Below, piece by piece: positions 22,334 through 32,300 of a stretch of 64,000 nucleotides of DNA. The position numbers were made by a program, and so were the translations under genes. The notes beneath the pieces are model-generated. The model ran no database searches, was not told where the DNA came from, and was given only the letters and a program-made list of their open reading frames with translations. Numbering within the stretch: position 1 is the first letter of the stretch; every line of letters begins with the position of its first letter. This stretch comes from Pseudomonas sp. (lineage in GTDB: Bacteria; Pseudomonadota; Gammaproteobacteria; Pseudomonadales; Pseudomonadaceae): NCBI GenBank assembly GCA_036387095.1, contig DASVUK010000146.1, positions 45,459 to 109,458 on the forward strand, written 5' to 3'.

Positions 22334-22513
22334 ATGACCGTACGAGTTACTGAACGCGACGACGCCCATATCTCTCACGAAACCATCGCCGATGGCATTC
22401 AGATCTGGGATGTACACCAGCAGGATCAGTTGGTAGGGATGTTTCATGTCGAGTCCGACGCCCAGCGGTACAAGGCTGAGCTCGAAGAACTGGAAAGCAG
22501 ACGCGCCCAGTAA
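22334..22513 (+). CDS. 59-aa hypothetical protein (not in ORF track)
   Basis: Hand translation MTVRVTERDDAHISHETIADGIQIWDVHQQDQLVGMFHVESDAQRYKAELEELESRRAQ; AGGAG RBS at 22321; terminator follows. Confidence 0.75.
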   Translation: MTVRVTERDDAHISHETIADGIQIWDVHQQDQLVGMFHVESDAQRYKAELEELESRRAQ

Positions 22514-22535
22514 GGTGCCATTTCAGAATCGCTTC

Positions 22536-22568
22536 AAAACAAAACCCGCCAAGTGCGGGTTTTGTTTG
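22536..22568. terminator. Bidirectional terminator
   Basis: AAACAAAACCCGC-CAAGT-GCGGGTTTTGTTT between convergent genes. Confidence 0.85.
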
Positions 22569-22576
22569 TCAGTGCG

Positions 22577-23116
22577 TTACCACATCAGATCATCAGGGAT
22601 CTTGTAGGCGGCGTACGGATCATCGCCATCGGCTTCTTCAGTAGGCTCACTGAGCAGCACAATGCGTCGTGGGTCGCGCTCCTGAATTTTCAGCGCCGCC
22701 TCACGGGGGATGACTTCGTAGCCGCCGGCGTGATGCACGATCGCCAGCGAGCCACTGCTGAGCTTGCTGCGCATCAGGCTGTTGACCGAAAGGCGCTTGA
22801 CCTTCTTGTCGTCGACGAAGTTGTAGTAATCCTCGGTGGTCAGCTTCGGCAGGCGCGACACTTCGATCAGTTGCTTGATCTGCGCGGCGCGGGCTTTCTG
22901 CTCGACCTTTTCCTGCTGCTGCCGATTGAGTTCCTGATCGCGCTTGGCCTTCTCGGCCATGGCTTCCTGAGCGGCGCGCTTTTGCGAGTCGTCGATCTCG
23001 ATCTGGCCTTTGTGAGCCAGACGCTGTTCTTTCTGTTTGTCTTTGCCGACCTGCTTGGCCTGCTTTTGGTTGACCAGACCTGCCTTGAGCAGTTGGTCGC
23101 GAAGGGAAAGGCTCAT
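22577..23116 (-). CDS. DUF2058 / YaiL-like protein
   Basis: SLRDQLLKAGLV start, coiled-coil middle and DDPYAAYKIPDDLMW end. Confidence 0.88.
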   Translation of the reverse strand: MSLSLRDQLLKAGLVNQKQAKQVGKDKQKEQRLAHKGQIEIDDSQKRAAQEAMAEKAKRDQELNRQQQEKVEQKARAAQIKQLIEVSRLPKLTTEDYYNFVDDKKVKRLSVNSLMRSKLSSGSLAIVHHAGGYEVIPREAALKIQERDPRRIVLLSEPTEEADGDDPYAAYKIPDDLMW

Positions 23117-23147
23117 TGTCTACTCACTTTATGCAGATAAAACGGGC

Positions 23148-23981
23148 TCAGCCGCAGCTGGGTACGTTCTTTTCCTGACGTTTGGCTTCGCCCCAGAGAG
23201 CGTCCATTTCTTCGAGGGTGCAATCTTCGATGGGACGATGGGTCTGGCGCAATGCCTGTTCGATAAATCGGAAGCGACGCTCAAATTTGGTGTTGGCCGC
23301 GCGCAGGGCGTTTTCCGGGTCGACTTTCAAATGCCGCGCCAGATTGACGGCGGCAAACAGCAAATCGCCGACTTCTTCGGCAATGGCCTGGGCATCGTTA
23401 CTGGCCATGGCTTCGAGCACTTCGTCCAGCTCTTCGCGGACGTTATCCACCACGGGCAACGCAGCTGGCCAGTCAAACCCCACTTGTGAGGCACGCTTTT
23501 GCAGCTTCGCGGCACGGGACAAGGCAGGCAGCACCACGGGTACATCATCAAGCAAAGACAATTGTTCAGGGATGACAGCCTTGTCGGCACGCTCCTGATT
23601 CTTGATTTTTTCCCAGCGCTGCTTGACCTCATCATCGGTCAGGCGCGGCGTTTCCAGCGGCGCGTACAAATCGCCGGTGGGAAATACATGGGGATGACGT
23701 CGGATCAACTTGCGGGTAATGCCATCAATGACACCGTCGAACTCGAAACGCCCTTCTTCTTTGGCCAGTTGGCTGTAATACACCACCTGAAACAGCAGAT
23801 CGCCAAGCTCGCCCTTCAAGTCATCGAAATCACCGCGCTCAATGGCGTCGGCCACCTCATAAGCCTCTTCGAGGGTATGCGGCACGATGCTGGCGTAGTT
23901 CTGCTTCACATCCCACGGGCAGCCGAACTGCGGGTCGCGCAGGCGGGCCATGAGGTGGAGCAGGTCTTGGAGTGTGTACAT
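23148..23981 (-). CDS. mazG: Nucleoside triphosphate pyrophosphohydrolase
   Basis: MARLRDP..GCPWD, EEAYEV, ELGDLLFQVV, RRHPHVF and EEVGDLLF; downstream of relA. Confidence 0.97.
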   Translation of the reverse strand: MYTLQDLLHLMARLRDPQFGCPWDVKQNYASIVPHTLEEAYEVADAIERGDFDDLKGELGDLLFQVVYYSQLAKEEGRFEFDGVIDGITRKLIRRHPHVFPTGDLYAPLETPRLTDDEVKQRWEKIKNQERADKAVIPEQLSLLDDVPVVLPALSRAAKLQKRASQVGFDWPAALPVVDNVREELDEVLEAMASNDAQAIAEEVGDLLFAAVNLARHLKVDPENALRAANTKFERRFRFIEQALRQTHRPIEDCTLEEMDALWGEAKRQEKNVPSCG

Positions 23982-24320
23982 GGCGTTTCCATTCAGTCGA
24001 ACCAACCCTGTAGGAGCCAACGTGTTGGCGAGGCAGCCTATGCGTCGAATCAGACGCAACGCCTCGCGAACAAGTTCGCTCCTACAGAGACTTGCGTTCT
24101 ATTACGCCGCGTCTCGATAAGGGTCGCGCAGCCAGGCCATGAGGTGAAGCAGGTCTGGAGTGTGTACATGGGGTTTCCAATTCAGTCGAACAAACCCTGT
24201 AGGAGCCAACTTGTTGGCGAGGCAGCCTATGCGTCGAATCAGACGCAACTCCTCGCGAACAAGCTCGCTCCTACAGAGGCTTCATCCCTCAAGGCGTTCT
24301 ATTACGCCGCGTCTCGATAA
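23932..24320. repeat. Imperfect tandem duplication (189 + 200 bp), each copy with a REPIN (24009-24086, 24198-24275)
   Basis: 23932-24120 and 24121-24320 both start GGGTCGCGCA and end ATTACGCCGCGTCTCGATAA. Confidence 0.92.
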
Positions 24321-26529
24321 TGTTCGGCAACTGCGAAATCCGCCCCAACAAACGGCCCAGCGCATCCAGCCCCGGAATCTCGATGGTCAGCGACATCAAC
24401 GCGGTGTTGTCTTCCTTGTTCGAACGGGTGTTGACCGCCAGGACGTTGATCCGCTCGTTGAGCAGGACCTGGGAAACGTCACGCAGCAAACCCGAGCGAT
24501 CATAGGCCCGAATGATGATGTCCACCGGATAGGTGAGCACCGGTATCGGCCCCCAACTGACCTGGATAATCCGCTCCGGCTCACGACCGCCCAGTTGCAG
24601 CACCGAGGCGCAATCCTGACGGTGAATGCTCACGCCACGGCCCTGGGTGATATAGCCGACGATGGCATCCCCCGGCAGCGGCTGGCAGCACCCGGCCATT
24701 TGCGTCATCAGGTTGCCCACGCCCTGGATCTGGATGTCCCCACGCTTGCCCGGCTTGTAGCCAGTGGCCTTGCGTGGAACCAGTTCCACCTCACTGCCGC
24801 GTTCCGGCTCGACCAGTTGCTGGGCCAGATTGACCAGCTGCGTCAGGCGCAAGTCGCCCGCGCCCAAGGCGGCATACATGTCTTCGGCGGTCTTGAGGTT
24901 GGCCTTTTCCGCCAACCGGTCGTAATCCACCGCAGGGAAGGCCAGCCGCACCAGCTCGCGTTCAAGCAAGGTTTTACCGGCCGCAACGTTCTGGTCCCGG
25001 GCCTGCAACTTGAACCAGTGCACGATCTTGGCCCGCGCACGTGACGTGGTGATGTACCCCAGATTCGAGTTCAGCCAGTCGCGGCTCGGCGTACCGTGCT
25101 TGCTGGTGATGATCTCGACCTGTTCACCGGTCTGCAGGCTGTAGTTGAGCGGCACGATCCGCCCGTTGATCTTCGCGCCGCGGCAATTATGGCCGATCTC
25201 GGTGTGGACCCGATAGGCAAAGTCCAGCGGCGTCGCACCCTTGGGCAAATCAATGGCGTGACCGTCCGGGGTAAACACATAAACCCGATCCGGCTCGATA
25301 TCGACACGCAGCTGTTCGGCCAGGCCGCCGATATCGCCCAGTTCTTCGTGCCATTCCAGGACCTGACGCAGCCAGGAAATTTTCTCTTCGTAGTGATTGG
25401 AGCCGGATTTGACGTCCGTGCCTTTATAGCGCCAGTGGGCGCATACACCCAACTCGGCTTCTTCGTGCATGGCGTGGGTGCGGATCTGCACCTCCAGCAC
25501 CTTGCCTTCGGGCCCGATGACGGCGGTGTGCAGTGAGCGGTAGCCATTTTCCTTGGGGTTGGCGATGTAGTCGTCAAACTCCTTGGGAATATGCCGCCAC
25601 AAGGTGTGCACGATACCCAGCGCGGTGTAGCAGTCGCGCATTTCCGGAACCAGCACACGGACGGCGCGAACGTCGTAGATCTGACTGAATTCCAGACCCT
25701 TGCGCTGCATTTTGCGCCAGATGGAATAGATATGTTTCGCCCGGCCGCTGATATCAGCCTTGACGCCGGTGGCCAGCAGTTCGTTCTCCAGCTGGCTCAT
25801 GACGTCGCTGATGAAACGCTCACGATCAAGGCGCCGCTCGTGCAGCAGCTTGGCGATCTGTTTGTACTGCTCAGGCTCAAGGTAGCGGAAGGACAAATCC
25901 TCCAGCTCCCATTTGATATGGCCAATGCCCAGACGGTGCGCCAAGGGTGCGTAGATGTCGAAGACTTCCCGGGCGACGCGATTGCGTTTTTCGTCGTCGG
26001 TGTTCTTGACCGCACGAATAGCGCAAGTACGCTCGGCCAGCTTGATCAACGCCACGCGGACATCGTCGACCATGGCCACGAGCATCTTGCGCAGGTTTTC
26101 CACCTGCGCTTGACTGCCCAGCACCAGAGACTGGCGCGGGCTGAGGCTGGCGCTAATTGCCGCCATGCGCAGCACGCCATCGATCAGCTTGGCCACGGTG
26201 GCGCCGAAGCGCTGCTCGACATCCGGCAGCGGGATCTTGCCTTCGCGCACAGCCCGGTAAAGCACCGCCGCTACCAGCGAATCCTGATCGAGCTTGAGGT
26301 CGGCCAGAATCTCGGCGATTTCAAGGCCCGTCTGAAAGCTGGACGTACCTTCAGCCCAGCGATTCTTTGAAGCGTTGTCCTGCTGCTCCGCGTTGCGGGC
26401 AAATTCACAAGCCTCTTTCAAGGCCTGTCGATCCAGAATCAGGTCGACGCTGACCACATGATCCAGCCATGCGTCGAGGTTGATACTGCCGTCTGTGTTT
26501 ATCGGCTGGTGTGCTCTCACCTGTACCAT
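24289..26529 (-). CDS. relA: GTP pyrophosphokinase ((p)ppGpp synthetase I)
   Basis: GRAKHIYSIWRKM, EFDDYIANPK.NGYRSLHT, EVQIRT, TGS, CC and ACT domains; degenerate HD domain. Confidence 0.98.
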   Translation of the reverse strand: MVQVRAHQPINTDGSINLDAWLDHVVSVDLILDRQALKEACEFARNAEQQDNASKNRWAEGTSSFQTGLEIAEILADLKLDQDSLVAAVLYRAVREGKIPLPDVEQRFGATVAKLIDGVLRMAAISASLSPRQSLVLGSQAQVENLRKMLVAMVDDVRVALIKLAERTCAIRAVKNTDDEKRNRVAREVFDIYAPLAHRLGIGHIKWELEDLSFRYLEPEQYKQIAKLLHERRLDRERFISDVMSQLENELLATGVKADISGRAKHIYSIWRKMQRKGLEFSQIYDVRAVRVLVPEMRDCYTALGIVHTLWRHIPKEFDDYIANPKENGYRSLHTAVIGPEGKVLEVQIRTHAMHEEAELGVCAHWRYKGTDVKSGSNHYEEKISWLRQVLEWHEELGDIGGLAEQLRVDIEPDRVYVFTPDGHAIDLPKGATPLDFAYRVHTEIGHNCRGAKINGRIVPLNYSLQTGEQVEIITSKHGTPSRDWLNSNLGYITTSRARAKIVHWFKLQARDQNVAAGKTLLERELVRLAFPAVDYDRLAEKANLKTAEDMYAALGAGDLRLTQLVNLAQQLVEPERGSEVELVPRKATGYKPGKRGDIQIQGVGNLMTQMAGCCQPLPGDAIVGYITQGRGVSIHRQDCASVLQLGGREPERIIQVSWGPIPVLTYPVDIIIRAYDRSGLLRDVSQVLLNERINVLAVNTRSNKEDNTALMSLTIEIPGLDALGRLLGRISQLPNIIETRRNRTP

Positions 26530-26687
26530 GTCGCTTACCTTCCCTACGGCGCGATGAATAGCGCCTACAGTCGCTAGCCTTCTTGAGCGAACACTCCTTG
26601 CCGGGCAAGCAAGGGCTGGCATTCGCGGGCCAGTCGGATTAAACGAGACTCCATGTGAACCGCTGGCTCATTTCCCTAAGCCGCTGT

Positions 26688-28043
26688 TCACTTACTCGCT
26701 TCAAATAAAGCCATCGCCTCGACATGAGCTGTCTGTGGAAACATATCGAGGATTCCGGCACGTTTTAATCGATAGCCCTGATTGACCAATTCGACAGTGT
26801 CGCGCGCCAAAGTTGCCGGGTTACATGACACATAGAGCAACCGTTCGGCACCTAACGCCTTGAGCTTGCGTACCAGCTCAAAAGCGCCGTCGCGCGGCGG
26901 GTCCAAGAGTACCGCAGAAAAGCCCTCTTTGGCCCAGTCCGCTTGTGCCAACGGCTGGGAAAGATCCGCCTGAAAAAACTGGACATTATGCAGGCCATTT
27001 CCTACAGCATTAGCGGCAGCACGCTGCACCATGGCCGCCACGCCTTCCACTGCAACCACCTCCCGGGCCAGTCGGGCCAGGGGTAACGCAAAATTGCCTA
27101 GACCACAGAACAGGTCCAGAACCCGTTCATCGGGCTTGGGCGCCAGCCAGTCCAGCGCTTGTTGGATCATCGCGGTATTGATGGCCGCGTTGACCTGGAT
27201 GAAATCTCCCGGCCGGTATGCCAGATCCAGATTCCAGGGTTCCAGGCGATAGCCCAGAACCTGAGAAGCGTCCGCCGGTTGCGGCTCGCCTTCGCCATGC
27301 AGCCAGAGTTGCGCGTCATGGTTTTTGCAAAACAGGTGCAGCGTTGCCAGATCAGCATCGGCCAGCGGCGCGGTATGGCGCACAAGAACAGCCGTCGAAG
27401 AGCCGCAAAACAACTCGACATGACCCAGCACTTGCGGCTTGCTGAAGCTTCTCAGCATCGCCGGCAGCTGCATCATGATCGGTTGCAAGGCTTGTACCAG
27501 CACCGGACATTGTTCGATGGAAACGATGTCCTGACTGGCCGCGGCACGAAAGCCCACGTCCAGCCGTTTAGCCTTGGCGTCCCAGCGCACGGCGACCCGG
27601 GCGCGTCGGCGGTAGGCAAATTCGGCACCGGTCAAAGGCGCGGCCCACTCCTGAGGTTCGACACCGGCAACCCGCTGCAACTGCTCAGCGAGCATGCGCT
27701 GTTTCAGGGCAAGCTGTTCGCTATGGGGCAGATGCTGCACGCTGCATCCGCCACAGCGACCGAAGTGCGGACATGGCGCGGGACGCCGCAAGGAACTGGC
27801 CTTGAATACACGTTCGGTGCGGGCCTCCACGACTTTGCCATGGGCATTGAGTACCCGGGCTTCGACTTCTTCACCCGCCAGGCTGCCGGCGACAAACCAC
27901 GTCCGCCCGTCGAGAAACGCGATGCCGCGCCCGTCGTTGGAAAGACGCTCGATGGTCAGCCGCTGTTTTTTCCCGGTAGGGATCTGCGTCGCCCGAACGC
28001 CGCCTGCTGGTTGAAAGCGCAGGCCCCTTTCATGCTTGGCCAT
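26688..28043 (-). CDS. rlmD: 23S rRNA (uracil-1939-C5)-methyltransferase
   Basis: TRAM domain, [32 protein letters not shown] and [10 protein letters not shown]. Confidence 0.96.
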   Translation of the reverse strand: MAKHERGLRFQPAGGVRATQIPTGKKQRLTIERLSNDGRGIAFLDGRTWFVAGSLAGEEVEARVLNAHGKVVEARTERVFKASSLRRPAPCPHFGRCGGCSVQHLPHSEQLALKQRMLAEQLQRVAGVEPQEWAAPLTGAEFAYRRRARVAVRWDAKAKRLDVGFRAAASQDIVSIEQCPVLVQALQPIMMQLPAMLRSFSKPQVLGHVELFCGSSTAVLVRHTAPLADADLATLHLFCKNHDAQLWLHGEGEPQPADASQVLGYRLEPWNLDLAYRPGDFIQVNAAINTAMIQQALDWLAPKPDERVLDLFCGLGNFALPLARLAREVVAVEGVAAMVQRAAANAVGNGLHNVQFFQADLSQPLAQADWAKEGFSAVLLDPPRDGAFELVRKLKALGAERLLYVSCNPATLARDTVELVNQGYRLKRAGILDMFPQTAHVEAMALFEASK

Positions 28044-28945
28044 CAGTTGGGCGCGTCGTAGACGCCGGTCGACAAGTAACGGTCGCCACGGTCACAGATG
28101 ATCGCGACCATGACCGCATTTTCGACTTCGCGAGACAGACGCAGCATGCCCGCGACTGCACCACCAGAGGAAACGCCGCAGAAGATGCCTTCTTCACGAG
28201 CCAGGCGGCGCATGGTGTTTTCGGCTTCGTCCTGAGCCATATCGACGATGCGATCAACCCGGTCGGCCTGATAGATGCGCGGCAGGTATTCTTCCGGCCA
28301 GCGACGGATACCGGGGATGGCCGAACCTTCCATGGGTTGCAGACCGACGATCTGCACCTCGGGGTTCTGCTCTTTCAAGTAACGGGAAACGCCCATGATG
28401 GTGCCAGTGGTCCCCATGGAACTGACGAAATGGGTAATGGTGCCGCCCGTCTGCTGCCAGATTTCCGGGCCGGTGCTGGTGTAATGCGCCTCGGGATTGT
28501 CCCCGTTGGCGAACTGATCCAGCACTTTGCCACGGCCTTCCTTCTGCATGCGTTCAGCCAGGTCGCGAGCACCTTCCATGCCCTCTTCCTTGCTGACGAG
28601 AATCAGTTCTGCGCCGTAGGCAGTCATGGCAGCCTTGCGCTCGGCGCTGGAGTTGTCAGGCATGATCAGAATCATCCGGTACCCCTTGATCGCCGCAGCC
28701 ATGGCCAGGGCGATACCGGTGTTGCCGGAAGTCGCTTCAATCAAGGTATCGCCGGGGTGAATCTGCCCGCGCAATTGGGCACGGGTAATCATCGACAGCG
28801 CCGGACGATCCTTCACGGAACCGGCCGGGTTATTACCCTCCAGCTTGAGCAGAAGAGTATTGCTGGTATCGCCCGCCATACGTTGCAGACGCACGAGCGG
28901 GGTGTTGCCGACGCAATCGGCAATGGTTGGGTACTGCAGGGTCAT
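28043..28945 (-). CDS. cysM: Cysteine synthase B
   Basis: [25 protein letters not shown] and SMGTTGT. Confidence 0.97.
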   Translation of the reverse strand: MTLQYPTIADCVGNTPLVRLQRMAGDTSNTLLLKLEGNNPAGSVKDRPALSMITRAQLRGQIHPGDTLIEATSGNTGIALAMAAAIKGYRMILIMPDNSSAERKAAMTAYGAELILVSKEEGMEGARDLAERMQKEGRGKVLDQFANGDNPEAHYTSTGPEIWQQTGGTITHFVSSMGTTGTIMGVSRYLKEQNPEVQIVGLQPMEGSAIPGIRRWPEEYLPRIYQADRVDRIVDMAQDEAENTMRRLAREEGIFCGVSSGGAVAGMLRLSREVENAVMVAIICDRGDRYLSTGVYDAPN

Positions 28946-29156
28946 GGCGTATTCGCAATCCAGACTGCGGGGGCGCCTATCATAACGGCAAACGCTAAAA
29001 CCCCATATCACGCAAAGTGCGGGGTATATCGCTAAATGGAATAAAGGTGTTTTAGGCCCAGTGCTCACCCCCATTTATTTTCATTCCGTAATGTGGGCGC
29101 GATGGGTAACGACAACATCGCCTGCCAGTGTCGCAAAGGCGACAGACGGTGGAAAA

Positions 29157-29176
29157 ACCTGTCATTTATGACAGGT
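29157..29176. promoter_or_regulatory. Perfect 9-bp inverted repeat upstream of the amylase
   Basis: ACCTGTCAT-TT-ATGACAGGT; function unknown. Confidence 0.4.
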
Positions 29177-29231
29177 CACAGCGTGTGAAGCGAAGTTGAG
29201 AATAAGGGTTCGCCGTATCTGGACCCGCTCA

Positions 29232-30848
29232 ATGAAAACCTTCCCAACAATACTGATCGGTTCACTCTTCAGCTTCGTTTCAGTCGCCAGTGGCCTCGCC
29301 GAGGATCTGCACGGCAATAATCCCCAAGGCGTACGTTACGAAGGCGGTGACGAAATTCTCTTGCAAGGGTTTCACTGGAACTCAGCGCGATCGACCCCGC
29401 AGCAGTGGTACGACATTCTGGCGCAGCACGCCGGACAGATCGCGAATGATGGTTTCACCTCGATATGGATGCCGGTTCCATGGCGGGATGAATCCAGCTG
29501 GAGTGATCCTGCCAGCGGAACCATGGGCGGCGGTGAAGGCTATTTCTGGAAAGATTTCGACAAGAACAGCGCCTACGGATCAGAAGCCCAACTCAAGCAG
29601 GCCGCCAATGCCTTGAAGGCGTCGGGTATCAAGATGATCTACGACGTAGTTCCTAACCACATGGACCGCCCTCATGCAGGCCCTGCCCTGAAAGTTCTAC
29701 TGGGCGAGAAAACCGACTGGCGCGATGGATGCGCCCAGTGCGATGACGGTGACCCGTTCATGCAGGGCGATGTGGATCTCAATACGCAAAAACCTGAAGT
29801 CAAAAGCATGTTTCAAACAGAATTCACTACTTTGCGTCAGGATTATTCCGCATCGGGGCTGCGGTTCGATTTCGTAAAAGGTTACGCCCCAAAGACTGTG
29901 GATCAATGGATGAACGGTTTCGATCCAAAAGGCTTTTGTGTCGGTGAACTGTGGAAGGCGCCGAACGAATATCCGGCCAACGACTGGCGCCACAACGCCA
30001 GTTGGCAAGAGGCATTAAAGGCTTGGTCGGATGAATCGCATTGCACGGTGTTTGATTTCGCCTTGAAGGAGCGTATGCAAAATGGCTCGCTCAGTGAATG
30101 GCGCCATGGCCTCAACGGCAATCCGGACCCGGCGTGGCGCTCCATTGCGGTGACATTCGTCGACAACCACGACACGGGATACTCCCCTGGGAAAACCAAT
30201 GGCCAGCATCATTGGGCGCTTCCGGAAAACAAACGCGATCAAGCTTACGCTTACATCCTGACCAGTCCAGGCACACCTACCGTTTATTGGCCGGACATGT
30301 ACGACTGGCCACGTGGTGCCCTGCTCCGCCAACTGATGAGCCTGCGTCATGAAGCGGGGATAAAGGCGGATTCTCCTATCAGCTTCCATACTAATTACCC
30401 AGGGTTGGTGGCGAAGACGACAGGGTCCAAAAAAACCCTCCTGGTAGCGCTGAGTTCAGACCTGAAAAAAACGGATGTACCTGCAACGTTCAGTCAGGTT
30501 CTGGAGGGCGATGGCGGACAGATCCGTGTCTGGCGGGCGAATCCGGAGCCAAAGAGTGTCACGTTCCGGCTGATCTGCGATCAGGGCCAAACCCAGCCCG
30601 GCGAAAGCGTTTACGCCGCGGGTTCGGGTCTGGAGCTGGGTAACTGGGACCCCGTCCATGCCGTGCAGCTGAGTGACGTGAGCCAATATCCTCGCTGGCA
30701 GGGGCAAATCACCGTGCCGCAAAACAGCAGTTACGAGTGGAAATGTATCGTGCGCAATGAGCGTGACCCTGGCGTGGTCAGGTGGCAACCTGGGACAAAT
30801 GTCGCTTTTACCGCAACGCCGGATGGCAGTAGCGCAGGCAGCTTTTAG
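29232..30848 (+). CDS. Secreted maltotetraose-forming amylase (glucan 1,4-alpha-maltotetraohydrolase-like, GH13 + CBM20)
   Basis: Signal peptide; VRY.GGDEILLQGFHWN, GGGEGYFW, RFDFVKG, CVGELWK, FDFALKERMQNG and VDNHDTGYSPG resemble the P. stutzeri G4-amylase; C-terminal G.SVY..G...ELGNW..YP.W..EWKC starch-binding module. Confidence 0.92.
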   Translation: MKTFPTILIGSLFSFVSVASGLAEDLHGNNPQGVRYEGGDEILLQGFHWNSARSTPQQWYDILAQHAGQIANDGFTSIWMPVPWRDESSWSDPASGTMGGGEGYFWKDFDKNSAYGSEAQLKQAANALKASGIKMIYDVVPNHMDRPHAGPALKVLLGEKTDWRDGCAQCDDGDPFMQGDVDLNTQKPEVKSMFQTEFTTLRQDYSASGLRFDFVKGYAPKTVDQWMNGFDPKGFCVGELWKAPNEYPANDWRHNASWQEALKAWSDESHCTVFDFALKERMQNGSLSEWRHGLNGNPDPAWRSIAVTFVDNHDTGYSPGKTNGQHHWALPENKRDQAYAYILTSPGTPTVYWPDMYDWPRGALLRQLMSLRHEAGIKADSPISFHTNYPGLVAKTTGSKKTLLVALSSDLKKTDVPATFSQVLEGDGGQIRVWRANPEPKSVTFRLICDQGQTQPGESVYAAGSGLELGNWDPVHAVQLSDVSQYPRWQGQITVPQNSSYEWKCIVRNERDPGVVRWQPGTNVAFTATPDGSSAGSF

Positions 30849-30935
30849 GGTTCGCTGACGGATTACAGCCCCTATCTCAACGTGTTGGTTGATAGGGAAC
30901 CGATGAACAAACATGCGACAACGCTAGCAACCGGA

Positions 30936-32300
30936 TCAAACCCTGGCCACCAACCGCATATTCAGCCGCAACCCGCCGGTAATGTTCTGCGCCCACATCG
31001 AGCCGCCCTGCAATGCAAGGGAGTTTCGCGCAATGCTCAGGCCGAGGCCGAAGCCGCCATGCCCAGGCCGTGATCCATCGAGTCGGGTAAAGGGTGCGAA
31101 AATTCGCTCTAGCTCGTGCTCGTCCACCCCGCCACCCTGATCGTCCAGCCTGAGTTGCCAGAATTCCCCGTCACGCCGGCCGCTCAAGCGAACGATGCCT
31201 TGAGGCGGCGAATGACGAATGGCATTGCGCAGGATGTTTTCCAGCGCCTGGGCCAGGGTATTGAGATGGCCTTGCACCCAGCAGTCGGCGTCCAGATCGC
31301 ATTGCAGCCGGGCTGCGGGCCAGCCACTTTCGAAGCAGGCGTTTTCAGCGAGCATTTCCCAAAGCGCCAGAACCTGAATGTCTTCCTTGGGCAATTGCTG
31401 ACGTTCGGTGTCGAGCCAGGCCAGTTGCAGGCTGTCATCCACAAGACGTTGCATGCCGTCGATTTCACGACTTAGACGACCACGCAAAGCAACCAGGCTT
31501 TGCTCGCTTTCGCAGGCGACCCGCAGACGGCTCAAGGGCGTACGCAGTTCGTGAGACATGTCGCGCAGCAATTGTTGCTGGACGATCACGGTGCTTTGCA
31601 GACGCTCGGCCATCTGATCGAACGCCCGGCCCAGATCCCCCAGTTCATCCCGGCGATTGATGGTCTGGCTGGACAAGCGATGCCCCAACTGGTCAGCGTG
31701 CCAGGCGTTGGCCTGCGCGCGCAGGTGATTGAGCGGCTGGATCAGCAATCGATACAACCCGACGCAAAGCAGCAAGGTAAAAACGCCGGGGACCACCCCG
31801 TTGATCAGCAATCGCCAGAGCAGCACGTAGCGTCCGGGTATGAAACGCTTGGGCAATTCGATCACCAGACTGCCAGCGTCAGGGTCCATGGGGAACGGAA
31901 CTTTCAGCCACGGCGTGGTGGTTGAACGGCTGCTGGTGGGCCAGTCCAGGCCGCGCAGGAAGGTCATGTGCTGGCTGTCCACTTCGCTCAGCGGATAGCT
32001 GCTCAACGATTGCAAATCAGCGCCAATTACGCCAACCCAGCCGCTTTCGCTGCGGGCGATCTGCTGCAACCAGGCGTCGATGCCCGCCTGCTGACCCTTG
32101 ATCCAGGCGCGCTCTGCCTGGGCGGCGTAATCGGTCAGCGTGAATCGGGCTTCGTCTGACAGGTATGCATTGCGCTTTTCAGCGTACCGGCCCCACGTCC
32201 AGCTTAGCCAGATCATCAACAGGCAAAAGCCGACCAACAGGAAAGCCAGTTTCCAGAACAGGGAATGTTTACCCGGCAGACGGGACAAGGGCTCAATCAT
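30936..32300 (-). CDS. pirS: Sensor histidine kinase, PirS/PfeS-like
   Basis: HSLFWKLA N-terminus, HAMP, DMSHELRTPL, ENILRNAIRH and GFGLGL; position between gacS and cysM. Confidence 0.8.
   Translation of the reverse strand: MIEPLSRLPGKHSLFWKLAFLLVGFCLLMIWLSWTWGRYAEKRNAYLSDEARFTLTDYAAQAERAWIKGQQAGIDAWLQQIARSESGWVGVIGADLQSLSSYPLSEVDSQHMTFLRGLDWPTSSRSTTTPWLKVPFPMDPDAGSLVIELPKRFIPGRYVLLWRLLINGVVPGVFTLLLCVGLYRLLIQPLNHLRAQANAWHADQLGHRLSSQTINRRDELGDLGRAFDQMAERLQSTVIVQQQLLRDMSHELRTPLSRLRVACESEQSLVALRGRLSREIDGMQRLVDDSLQLAWLDTERQQLPKEDIQVLALWEMLAENACFESGWPAARLQCDLDADCWVQGHLNTLAQALENILRNAIRHSPPQGIVRLSGRRDGEFWQLRLDDQGGGVDEHELERIFAPFTRLDGSRPGHGGFGLGLSIARNSLALQGGSMWAQNITGGLRLNMRLVARV

Noticed and set aside
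23932-24320. CRISPR-like array or toxin-antitoxin insert between relA and mazG
   Set aside because: Only two long imperfect copies with no unique spacers or cas genes; no mazEF-like ORFs.
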